Source of the DNA: Candidatus Binatia bacterium
Lineage (GTDB): Bacteria; Desulfobacterota; Binatia; Bin18
Assembly: GCA_963664395.2 (NCBI GenBank)
Contig: OY761159.2
Span: 3,968,001-4,032,000 of the forward strand
DNA length: 64,000 bases
Direction of reading: 5' to 3'
Shown: positions 49,574-58,159 of the stretch, one piece after another
Numbering within the stretch: the first letter of the stretch is position 1
How the letters are laid out: each line of letters opens with the position of its first letter
The notes under the pieces: generated by a model
What the model saw: the letters and a program-made list of their open reading frames with translations, nothing else
What the model was told of the DNA's origin: nothing
Database searches by the model: none
Translations under genes and position numbers: made by a program

Positions 49574-50890
49574 CTAGAACAAGCCGATCGATTGCAACAA
49601 AATGATCGTCACGGCAATCGGCGCAACAAAGCGCAGCAGAAAGACCCACACCAGATAGAGGCTCGGTCTCAGGACGCTGGCCGGAACTTCCGCTTGCCGC
49701 TCTTGATGCGTCAGCGACCAGCCGGCAAATACCGCGATCAGCAGCCCGCCCAGGGGCAGGAGATAGTGCGTTGTCAGCATGTCCATAAAGCCGAAGAAGC
49801 CGCCGTTCAGCGCGGACGGAACGCCTAGGGCAAAGATGACACCTCCCATGGTCCAACTCGCCCGCATGCGCGTCCAGCCCTTTTCGTCAACAAAATACGC
49901 GACCACGACCTCCAGCAACGGCATGGCGGAGCTTAAGGCCGCAAAGGTCAGGAGCAAAAAGAAAAGAACGGCCAGGAACTGTCCGAACGGGAGCTGGCTG
50001 AACGCGGCTGGCAGGGTTTCAAAAATAAGCGCCGGACCGGCGTTCGGTGCTAACTGAAAGGTAAACACCAGAGGAAAAATGACAAACCCTGCCAGGATAG
50101 CAATACCCGTATCGCTGGCTGTCACGAACAGGGCCGCGCGGGGGAGGCGGGTATCGCGCTGCAAATAACTGCCATAGGTGATGAGCGTCCCCATGCCGAC
50201 GCTGAGCGAGAAAAACGCCTGCCCCAGAGCTTCCAGGACTGCTTTCGGGCCGATCTTGTCCCAATGCGGGGTCAGCAAAAACGTAATGCCCTGTGCGGCA
50301 CCATCGGTCGTCAGGGCATAGACCAGGAGGAAGCACAGCATGAAGAAGAGGGCCGGCATCATGATTTTATTGCCCCACTCAATACCCCGCGAGACACCCC
50401 GCGAGACAAACCAGATGGTGGCGCCCATAAAAACGGCGTGCCAGAACACCTGCAGGGCTTGATTGGCTGACAGGGATTGAAAGAGCTGGCCGATGGCGGC
50501 TGTTGATTGGCCGGCAAAACCGCCCATAAGAGAGAGGGAAATATAATGCAGCACCCAGCCACCAACGACCGAATAGTAGGACAGCAGGACAAAACCGACC
50601 GTCACGCCCAGCCAGCCGGCCAGAAACCAGGGGGTGCCGGGTCGCAGCGTGGAAAACGCGCCAACGACGTTGCGCTGGGTGCGGCGTCCGATGAGCAGTT
50701 CGGCAATCATGATCGGGATGGCGACCGCAACCACGCAGCCCAAATAGACCAGGATAAAGGCCGCGCCCCCATACTCTCCGGTAATATACGAAAAGCGCCA
50801 GATATTGCCCAAGCCAACCGCTGACCCCATAGCGGCAAGCACGAATCCAAGCGTTCCTGACCAATGTCCCCTGCCTTGTTGCATCGTCAT
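49574..50890 (-). CDS. Sodium-dependent transporter, SNF/NSS family
   Basis: GSAVGLGNIWRF, GGAAF, QAFFSLS, ITYGSY, GPALIF. Confidence 0.95.
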   Translation of the reverse strand: MTMQQGRGHWSGTLGFVLAAMGSAVGLGNIWRFSYITGEYGGAAFILVYLGCVVAVAIPIMIAELLIGRRTQRNVVGAFSTLRPGTPWFLAGWLGVTVGFVLLSYYSVVGGWVLHYISLSLMGGFAGQSTAAIGQLFQSLSANQALQVFWHAVFMGATIWFVSRGVSRGIEWGNKIMMPALFFMLCFLLVYALTTDGAAQGITFLLTPHWDKIGPKAVLEALGQAFFSLSVGMGTLITYGSYLQRDTRLPRAALFVTASDTGIAILAGFVIFPLVFTFQLAPNAGPALIFETLPAAFSQLPFGQFLAVLFFLLLTFAALSSAMPLLEVVVAYFVDEKGWTRMRASWTMGGVIFALGVPSALNGGFFGFMDMLTTHYLLPLGGLLIAVFAGWSLTHQERQAEVPASVLRPSLYLVWVFLLRFVAPIAVTIILLQSIGLF

Positions 50891-50920
50891 TTGCCCGTTC
50901 CTCTCTTACGTCTGCCGGAC

Positions 50921-50954
50921 AGAAAAGAAAAAGGGCGGAGACCTGCTCCACCCT
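50921..50954 (-). terminator. Intrinsic terminator immediately upstream of the SNF transporter start
   Basis: Minus strand AGGGTGGAG-CAGGT-CTCCGCCCT followed by TTTTCTTTT. Confidence 0.7.
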
Positions 50955-51018
50955 GAAAAAATATACTACGAGGTGCTTTCTCCCCTGTTTCTATGTGATC
51001 GCACCCCATTGTGCGGGT

Positions 51019-51070
51019 ACAGCGCGTTTGCCTCCCAAAAGGCACGCGGGGAGGCAAACGCGCTGTTTTT
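51019..51070. repeat. 18-bp perfect inverted repeat with plus-strand T-tract
   Basis: ACAGCGCGTTTGCCTCCC...GGGAGGCAAACGCGCTGT-TTTT. Confidence 0.8.
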
Positions 51071-51078
51071 CGCTGACC

Positions 51079-51567
51079 TCACATCCCGGTTGGGTCGTAT
51101 CGCACCAGGGTGCGTGAGCCGTCGGCGAAGCCGCTCCGAAAGCGGTCTTCGTGGGCAGACCAGCCAGCCGCATATTTTTGGGCAAAGGTCTTATACATGA
51201 GTTCGTTGACGGCCTCGTCCTTCACTAGAGACCCGGTCGCCTCAAACGACTGCCCATCGCGCGAGCCGATCCAGACCTTGGCTTTTGTGCGTCCGGCCTG
51301 GATGCGCTTGACGCGGTGCGTAGACACTGGCGTCCCAACCCAGACGGCCCCGTCGTGATGGAAAAACCAGATCTCGGCCTGTGCGCCGAACTCGCCGCTT
51401 TTACGCTCGGACTGGATATAGACATATTTGCTGGAGTCCAGCGCCTGTTGCAGTTCCGGGGCGAATTCGGCTGCGGACTGCTGTGGGGCGGCGAAAAAAA
51501 AGAACGCGCCACTCAGCACGGCCAGGAGAACCCAGGGCGACCAATGGAAACGTGTCTGTAAACGCAT
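51079..51567 (-). CDS. PNPOx-like split-barrel (flavin/F420-binding fold) protein with signal peptide
   Basis: KYVYIQSERKSG...EIWF..DG.VWV.T....RVKRI...F..KY pattern; N-terminal hydrophobic segment ending QSAA. Confidence 0.65.
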   Translation of the reverse strand: MRLQTRFHWSPWVLLAVLSGAFFFFAAPQQSAAEFAPELQQALDSSKYVYIQSERKSGEFGAQAEIWFFHHDGAVWVGTPVSTHRVKRIQAGRTKAKVWIGSRDGQSFEATGSLVKDEAVNELMYKTFAQKYAAGWSAHEDRFRSGFADGSRTLVRYDPTGM

Positions 51568-51590
51568 ACTACCTCCGGTACGTATCGGAT

Positions 51591-52211
51591 TTATGACCCA
51601 CTCTGCGCGTCATACTTTGCTTCGGAAACGACCTTCATCGACTGAATAAAGATGGGCTCCTGCGGCACGTCAGCATGCATGCCTCTCTGTCCGGTTTGCA
51701 CCCCTTCGATTGCACTCACGACGTCCATGCCTTCAATGACCCTGCCAAATACGCAGTACCCAAACCCTTGCATTGAGGTATCTTTATGATTCAGAAAGTC
51801 ATTATCCTTGACATTGATGAAGAATTGAGAGGTGGCAGAATCAATCATGTTGGTGCGGGCCATGGCCAGCGTTCCGGTATCATTGGTCAGGCCGTTGGCG
51901 GCCTCATTTTTGATCTGCGGCTTGGGCGGTTTTTGCTGCATGGCCTGGGTAAAGCCTCCCCCTTGGAGCATGAAGCCGGGAATCACCCGATGGAAAATCG
52001 TCCCATCATAAAAGCCCTCGTTGACATAGGCGAGAAAGTTCTTGACCGTCACCGGTGCTTCTTTCTCAAACAGCTCAATCTTCACCTCTCCCTTGGACGT
52101 TGACATGAGAACCACAGGTCCTCCGGCTGCCCCACCACCAGCCTCCGAACACCCAGGTTGGCTGAGCAGTAATACGACTGAAAAAATAACGAGCTGTTTC
52201 ACACCCCACAT
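51591..52211 (-). CDS. ppiA: Cyclophilin-type peptidyl-prolyl cis-trans isomerase, exported
   Basis: APVTVKNF, FHRVIPGFMLQGGG, AMART, SATSQFFIN, GYCVFG. Confidence 0.92.
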   Translation of the reverse strand: MWGVKQLVIFSVVLLLSQPGCSEAGGGAAGGPVVLMSTSKGEVKIELFEKEAPVTVKNFLAYVNEGFYDGTIFHRVIPGFMLQGGGFTQAMQQKPPKPQIKNEAANGLTNDTGTLAMARTNMIDSATSQFFINVKDNDFLNHKDTSMQGFGYCVFGRVIEGMDVVSAIEGVQTGQRGMHADVPQEPIFIQSMKVVSEAKYDAQSGS

Positions 52212-52307
52212 TATTTTCCCTCCAAATACCAGGCTTCAACAGTCCGACAGCCTAACCTAGCCTGAGGGCGAAGGGAAGTGCCTGAGAAGGGCTCTCAACA
52301 CCCGGAT

Positions 52308-52946
52308 TTACAACTGCTCCAAATACTCCAACACCTCCTGCAAAGGCAGCACATCCCCGTACTTTGAGCCGATATCGAACAGATTGGCTTCGTGTGGCTC
52401 TTGGGCTCGGTCGCCGACACACTCAATCGGAACAATAGGCCGAAAGCCGTTGGCCAGCGCATCCATCACCGTCGCGCGGACACACCCGCTGGTGGTACAG
52501 CCAGTGACTATGGCGGTATCAACCGACTGCATGGTTAAGGTCGAGGCAAGATAAGTTCCGAAGAAGCCGGAGGCGTATTTTTTGGTAATCACCAGATCTC
52601 CGGGCTCGTGGTTGAGGCGCGGGTCGAGCTTGACCAAATCGCTCCCGATTGTGAGCAGCCGCAAAGATGGGGCCTTTTCGGGCCACAGGCCGGCGTCGTC
52701 CTGCCGGTGTGGGTCATACCCCACGACCGTAAAAATAATAGGAACGTTCTTCTTCCGAGCGGCGTGGATGAGTTCGTTCGTCGCCGCGACCTCGGCGTCG
52801 AGATTACCGGCAAGGGGAGACTGTTCCGGAACAGTAAAGCCCAGCTGAAAGTCCACCACAATAAGAGCCGGCTTTTTCCCAAAGCCAAGGGTATGGCCGA
52901 GCTGGGCATATTCATAAATCGCGTGTTTGTCTTCCGTCTGAGCCAT
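52308..52946 (-). CDS. Isochorismatase-family cysteine hydrolase (N-carbamoylsarcosine/maleamate amidase-like)
   Basis: ALIVVDFQ (Asp), KKYASGFFGT (Lys), TGCTTSGCVRAT (Cys). Confidence 0.9.
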   Translation of the reverse strand: MAQTEDKHAIYEYAQLGHTLGFGKKPALIVVDFQLGFTVPEQSPLAGNLDAEVAATNELIHAARKKNVPIIFTVVGYDPHRQDDAGLWPEKAPSLRLLTIGSDLVKLDPRLNHEPGDLVITKKYASGFFGTYLASTLTMQSVDTAIVTGCTTSGCVRATVMDALANGFRPIVPIECVGDRAQEPHEANLFDIGSKYGDVLPLQEVLEYLEQL

Positions 52947-52960
52947 AGCGCTCTCCTTAT

Positions 52961-54379
52961 TTATAACCCTCGGGGCTTAACAACCTGCTCAACAAATCTG
53001 CCACTCGGCTGTTCGGCCACAATCTCACCGTCTTCCATCACCAACTGGCCACGCAGGAAGGTTTTCACCGGGATGCCCTTGACCCGCCGGCCTTCCCATA
53101 ACGAATAGTCCGCGCGCGACCGCATCCGGTCGACCCCAAGCACGGCTTCCTTTTCCGGGTCCAAGACCACGATGTCCGCGTCAGAGCCAACCGCCAGCGC
53201 CCCCTTCCTGGGATACAGGCCATACAGCTTGGCCGCATTTTCGGACAAGACTTTTGAGAGTGTTACCAGATCGATACGGCCTTTGTTGACGCCTTCGTGG
53301 AACATGAGCGGCAGGGTATCCGCGACCTGAAGATTAATGCCAACGCGACAATCCCAGAAGTCTCCGTCGGTCTTGAACGACGAGGAGTAAGTCAGGCTAT
53401 CCGTCCCGACGACCGACAACGTGCCTTCCCGCAGACCGCGCCACAGCCGCTCTTTATCTTTATCAAAACGAATCGGCGGCTGAATTTTCGCTTTGCCGCC
53501 CATGCCCTGAGCATCCATTTCCGGGGCAGTAGTATTGAGAAAACACGCCACCGTTTCTCCAACAATGTTCAATCCTTCGGCGTGCAGGCGCTTGACCGTT
53601 TCCACGGTATGCGCCGCGCTGATGTGGACCGGGTAGAGCGGTACGCGGAGTTGGTTGGCAATCATCCCATAGGTATAGACCTGCACACTTTCGGCCCACT
53701 CCGGACTGGACTCGGCCCAGGCCGTGAGTTGGTCGGCGCGGCCCATCTCTCGCAAGCGGTCGATGAGGATGCCACGGACATGGGGGTCTTCAGCATGAAT
53801 CTTGGCAAAAGTGGGGGGCCCGCAGCGGGCCAATTGTTCACACGCGGCATGAAAAAAAGAAGGCGTAATACCTTCCGGATTCATGCCAAAGGCTTCGGCC
53901 TGCGGGCCGGCATAGCCGGTAAAGAATTTGTAGGACACGCCGCCCTTTGCGGCCACTGCCGGAATTTGGGCGACTTGATCGAGCGTGTTGACCACGCAGG
54001 TCACCTTGAAATCGCACCAGGAATGATTCGTGCCACATTCGACGGCCTGGTCAAACAGGTCGAGCATTGGGTCCTGGCCGATTAAGGTCGTGGTGGCAAT
54101 AGTCGTGACCCCGCCTATCAGACAATCCTTGGTGTCACGCAGGAAATCTTCGACCATGGCCTCATCGCCAAAGCGGTCCGAGATGCCGAAGTGGACGTGC
54201 GGGTCAAAAGTTCCAGGGAACAGAATTTTGCCCTCAACATCGATTTCGCGCTTGGCCTGGCCCAGGCTCGAACTCGCACCGACCGCGACGATCTGTTCGC
54301 CTTCAATGGCAATCCCGCCTTGGATCACTCCACTCGGCGTGACGACCAACCCGTTCTTCAGGACGATGTCATGCGACAC
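52961..54379 (-). CDS. Cyclic amidohydrolase (dihydropyrimidinase/allantoinase family)
   Basis: DPHVH, GGVTT, YKFF, IHAE, VHIS, KIQPPIR, GTD, KG.LAVGSDADIV; AGGAGG before GTG 54379. Confidence 0.88.
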   Translation of the reverse strand: MSHDIVLKNGLVVTPSGVIQGGIAIEGEQIVAVGASSSLGQAKREIDVEGKILFPGTFDPHVHFGISDRFGDEAMVEDFLRDTKDCLIGGVTTIATTTLIGQDPMLDLFDQAVECGTNHSWCDFKVTCVVNTLDQVAQIPAVAAKGGVSYKFFTGYAGPQAEAFGMNPEGITPSFFHAACEQLARCGPPTFAKIHAEDPHVRGILIDRLREMGRADQLTAWAESSPEWAESVQVYTYGMIANQLRVPLYPVHISAAHTVETVKRLHAEGLNIVGETVACFLNTTAPEMDAQGMGGKAKIQPPIRFDKDKERLWRGLREGTLSVVGTDSLTYSSSFKTDGDFWDCRVGINLQVADTLPLMFHEGVNKGRIDLVTLSKVLSENAAKLYGLYPRKGALAVGSDADIVVLDPEKEAVLGVDRMRSRADYSLWEGRRVKGIPVKTFLRGQLVMEDGEIVAEQPSGRFVEQVVKPRGL

Positions 54380-54590
54380 AGCAGCCTCCTTTTTTGCTAG
54401 CACATAATCTCGGAGCGATTATCGAACCAAAAGGAGCGGAATGTCAATGTAAGGGCGAGCCCTGGCTCGGGCGTCCCGTGCATCGCATTGACCGCTCTGT
54501 ATCTCTTTGGACCTTTTGGGGCCTCTTTCTCTTTTTGTTGTTTTTGCGCTAAAAGCGTGGAACGAGACGTAACGAAAGAAGGAGGATGCT

Positions 54591-55529
54591 ATGGCAGTCA
54601 ACGATGATCTGAGTGAAGCCCAAGTGGAGGAGTTCTTCTCGACCCTAAGCAACTGGGGAAAATGGGGAGCGACCGATCAGCTTGGCGCGCTCAACTATAT
54701 TACGCCTGAGAAACGCTCTCAAGCCGCGGCCGAAGTCCAAGACGGACACCCCGTGTCGCTGTCTCTCCCATTGGCGACGCATCATGGACCGGATAATCCG
54801 ACCCCGGTCATGCACCTGATGATGAAGACCGGCGCACCGGGTGAAGAGAGCTTGGTCCCACTACCATACTGTGCCGACTATTTTGCCATCGCGCCGCATG
54901 GGGTGGCGAATACGCATCTCGACGCACTGTGTCATGTGTTTCATAACGACAAGATGTATAACGGCTATCCCTCCTCTGACGTGACTACACAGGGCGCGCT
55001 GAATGGAGCCATCCATTCAATTAAAAACGGCATTGTGTCGCGCGGTGTATTGATCGATATCCCAAAACTCAAGAACCGTGACTATCTGGAACCGGGTGAG
55101 GCCATTACGCCGGCGGACTTGGAAGCCGCGGAGCAGGCTGGAAACTTCAGGGTTGAAGAAGGCGATGTGCTCTTTGTGCGGACCGGTCGCCATGTGCGCC
55201 AAAAAGCCCAAGGCAATTGGAACGCGCTTCAGGACGGCTTGGCCGGGCTGGGCGCGGCCTGCTTGCCCTGGATACATGAGCGTAAAATTGCGGTGCTCGG
55301 GTGTGACGGGGTGAGTGATGTGGTGCCGAGTGGCTATGACACGCTCATCATGCCCATCCACTCGTGTACCCTGGTTGCCATGGGCATACACCTGCTCGAC
55401 AACTGCATGTTGGACGATTTGAGCGCCGCCTGCGCCTCACGCTCACGCTGGACTTTCATGCTGACTGTGGCGCCGCTGGTTTTGATGAAGGGGACGGCCT
55501 CACCGGTGAACCCCATTGCCATGTTTTAG
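54591..55529 (+). CDS. Cyclase family (kynurenine formamidase-like) protein
   Basis: NWGKWG..DQLGALN, THLDALCH, RGVLID, GDVLFVRTG, GTASPVNPIA. Confidence 0.9.
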   Translation: MAVNDDLSEAQVEEFFSTLSNWGKWGATDQLGALNYITPEKRSQAAAEVQDGHPVSLSLPLATHHGPDNPTPVMHLMMKTGAPGEESLVPLPYCADYFAIAPHGVANTHLDALCHVFHNDKMYNGYPSSDVTTQGALNGAIHSIKNGIVSRGVLIDIPKLKNRDYLEPGEAITPADLEAAEQAGNFRVEEGDVLFVRTGRHVRQKAQGNWNALQDGLAGLGAACLPWIHERKIAVLGCDGVSDVVPSGYDTLIMPIHSCTLVAMGIHLLDNCMLDDLSAACASRSRWTFMLTVAPLVLMKGTASPVNPIAMF

Positions 55530-55537
55530 ACACGCTG

Positions 55538-55573
55538 CGGGGCAGGGGAGAGGGCTCTCCTGCCCCGTTTTTG
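55538..55573 (+). terminator. Intrinsic terminator
   Basis: GCGGGGCAGGGGAG-AGGG-CTCTCCTGCCCCGT-TTTT. Confidence 0.75.
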
Positions 55574-55715
55574 CGGAGGAAGCCCGGACCCTGCCCGACG
55601 CCTCCGTGATTTATCCTATGAGAATTATGGGCAGTTCCTGCTCGGTCTGCCTGACTTCGATCCCAGGGGATAAGTAGAACCAATAATGGGCGCATCGGAG
55701 GTATAGGAGGACGCT

Positions 55716-56156
55716 ATGGCCCGCTTACATCTGGAAACGGCAAATACCATCGTGACGGAAGCACTACGCAAAGCACGCGCAATGAATGCCTCTCCACTGG
55801 CTGTGGCCGTATTGGACGAAACCGGGCAGATAAAGTCTTTTCAACGTGAAGATGAAACCAGCTTGATGCGCGCCGACGTTGCGACCGGCAAGGCCTGGGG
55901 CGCATTAGGCATGGGTCGCTCGTCTCGGGTGCTGGGCAATGTCGCGGCAGAGCGTCCCCACTTTGTTCAAGCCTTGACCGCTGTCGCGCAGGGGAAGCTT
56001 GTGCCGGTTCCGGGTGGGGTGCTGATCCGCGATGCCTCACAGTCTATCATTGGGGCGGTTGGGATATCGGGCGACACCTCGGATATCGATGAGGAATGTG
56101 CCGTGGCCGGCATTGAAGCCGCCGGGCTGACGGCTGATACGGGCGTCTCTTCATAA
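55716..56156 (+). CDS. GlcG/HbpS family heme-binding protein
   Basis: VAVLDETG, R.D, A.GKAW.A, GGVLI, IGAVGISG....DE.CA. Confidence 0.9.
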   Translation: MARLHLETANTIVTEALRKARAMNASPLAVAVLDETGQIKSFQREDETSLMRADVATGKAWGALGMGRSSRVLGNVAAERPHFVQALTAVAQGKLVPVPGGVLIRDASQSIIGAVGISGDTSDIDEECAVAGIEAAGLTADTGVSS

Positions 56157-56191
56157 GAGACCAGAGAGACCAGAGAGACACAGGAGCAAGA

Positions 56192-56977
56192 GTGATGGGA
56201 TTTGCTGATATTGACGGACTACGGGTTCATTATCATAGCGCCGGACACCTGAGTGTCTCAAAAGGTCAGCGCGTCTTATACGTCCACGGAACCGGCTGTG
56301 ACGGCCGGGTGTGGCACAGGCATATGCAGGCGATGGCTGACCGTCATACGCCGGTAGCGATAGACCTGCCGGGGCACGGCCAGTCGTCCGGCAGCGGGTT
56401 TCGTGGCGCGGCGGATTACACCCATTATGCTGTCCGACTGGCCGATCATTTGGGCTGGGATCGTTTTGTGATCGCCGGACATTCGCTCGGCGGCGGGGTC
56501 GCCCTGACCGCGGCGGTCTACTACACGGACCGCCTCGCCGGCATGATGCTCATTGATACGGGCGCGCGGTTGCGGGTGGACCCGAACGTCCTTGAGAATT
56601 CGCGCCGGCTCGCCGCGGGTGAAGCCGGCATTGCCATTGATCCGCGTTTAGGCTTTGCCAAAAGCACGCCCCAGTCGATTGTCGATACGATCAAGGCCTT
56701 GACGGCCGAGAGCGACCCGAAGGTGACATACAAGGACTGGATCAGCGACGACACATTCGACTGTATGAGTCGAGTCGGCAACATCCAGACCCCTTCGATC
56801 GCGATCTGCGGTGACGAAGACTATTTTACGCCTGTAAAATATTCCGAGTACCTCCGCGACCGGATGCCGCACTGCCAACTGGCAGTCATTCCCCAAGCCG
56901 GCCACTGGACGTATGAGGAACAACCGGAAACCTTCGACCGTATTGTCCGAGCCTACTTGGACAATCTGCCGTCCTGA
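56192..56977 (+). CDS. Alpha/beta fold hydrolase
   Basis: HG, DLPGHG, GHSLGG nucleophile, GDED, AGH. Confidence 0.92.
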   Translation: MMGFADIDGLRVHYHSAGHLSVSKGQRVLYVHGTGCDGRVWHRHMQAMADRHTPVAIDLPGHGQSSGSGFRGAADYTHYAVRLADHLGWDRFVIAGHSLGGGVALTAAVYYTDRLAGMMLIDTGARLRVDPNVLENSRRLAAGEAGIAIDPRLGFAKSTPQSIVDTIKALTAESDPKVTYKDWISDDTFDCMSRVGNIQTPSIAICGDEDYFTPVKYSEYLRDRMPHCQLAVIPQAGHWTYEEQPETFDRIVRAYLDNLPS

Positions 56978-57001
56978 TAAGGCTGCGGTCGTCCAACCTT
57001 T

Positions 57002-57035
57002 TGTTCCCTCTCCCTCTGGGAGAGGGCCAGGGTGT
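57002..57035. repeat. REP-like short palindromic element between convergent genes
   Basis: CCCTCTCCCTCTGGGAGAGGG core; looser look-alike at about 61303-61323. Confidence 0.45.
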
Positions 57036-57074
57036 CTGATTGAATGTTCTTTACAAACCTAACAGCAAAGTGGG

Positions 57075-57992
57075 CTACGCCCCCTCCTGCGCTACGCCGC
57101 CAAGACCGGGCGTATGTCGGACATGACCCCAGATGCTGCCGGAGGTATGCATTTGGACCTGCCAGGTAGCGTCGTCCACTTCACGTGCCCCCCAGCCATA
57201 TTCAACCGCAAAGCCGGACGGCGTCTGCATATAGAACGAGGTCATATGGTCGTTGGTATGGCGGCCGAGACTCATCGTAATCGGCACATCCTGGTCCTGG
57301 CACAGATAATAGGTCGAACCAACATCATTCAGCGACTGCGTCTGGAGCATAAAATGATTCAAGCGTTTGGGCGGGTTGGGGGCTTCGACAAAGGCGATCG
57401 AATGATGGCGCGGATTGCAGTGGAAAAAGGTGGCCTGAAACGTTACGCCCGGAGCCGGGGTGATATGGACATAGTCGCTGATCCGCATCCCCAGGACATC
57501 ACGATAAAAGTTGATGCTCTGTGCGGCGTTATTCACCAGGATCACAAAATGTCCTAAGCCCTGCTCCCCGGTCTTAAAGCCCGAGATCGGCCGGGGTGAT
57601 TGAAACGGTTTATCAAAATGAACCAGCGGACCATAGAAAATCTCCGACGGAATACCGCTCGGGTCTTGGAAGCGAATCAGCCCGGCCACGCGCCGGGTGG
57701 CCAGCTCTTCAGGCGTGCCCGGTGTCACTTCGACATCGGCGGCCTGTAGCTGGTCCGCCAAGGCGTGTAAGGCGTGCTCATCCGCAACCTCCCAGCCAAT
57801 ATAGGCCAGGTCATCCTTGCCCGTAGGATGCACGAGAAAGCGATGGTGGTACTCATCCATCCGCAGATGGAGCGAGTCGTCATCGGCGTGTTCGCTCACA
57901 GCCAGTCCGAGCACCCCGGTGGCGAACTGTTCCCATATGGTCATGTCACTGACGCTGAGCCCCAAATATCCGAGTTGTGATACGCTGGTCAT
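57075..57992 (-). CDS. Type I extradiol ring-cleavage dioxygenase (BphC/HsaC-like, VOC fold)
   Basis: LGYLG, LRMD, GLGH (Fe His), HCNPRHHSIA, LNHFM, LGRHTNDHMTSFY.QTPSGFAVEYGW. Confidence 0.94.
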   Translation of the reverse strand: MTSVSQLGYLGLSVSDMTIWEQFATGVLGLAVSEHADDDSLHLRMDEYHHRFLVHPTGKDDLAYIGWEVADEHALHALADQLQAADVEVTPGTPEELATRRVAGLIRFQDPSGIPSEIFYGPLVHFDKPFQSPRPISGFKTGEQGLGHFVILVNNAAQSINFYRDVLGMRISDYVHITPAPGVTFQATFFHCNPRHHSIAFVEAPNPPKRLNHFMLQTQSLNDVGSTYYLCQDQDVPITMSLGRHTNDHMTSFYMQTPSGFAVEYGWGAREVDDATWQVQMHTSGSIWGHVRHTPGLGGVAQEGA

Positions 57993-58159
57993 GCTGTCCT
58001 CCTGTTCAAACGGCAGCTCCTAGTTGAAGCATTGTTCTGCATTCCTTCTCCAAGCGCAACCTGTTTTCTTCTCCCACGCTATTGGGGATAGCACTTTAGG
58101 GTATCCCTGCTAGGAATAACAGATATTTTGAAATGGACGTGTAGCGAAAGAACGATTTC

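Noticed and set aside
56155-56182. Short GAGACCAGA tandem duplication
   Set aside because: Two to three copies in a spacer; no evident function
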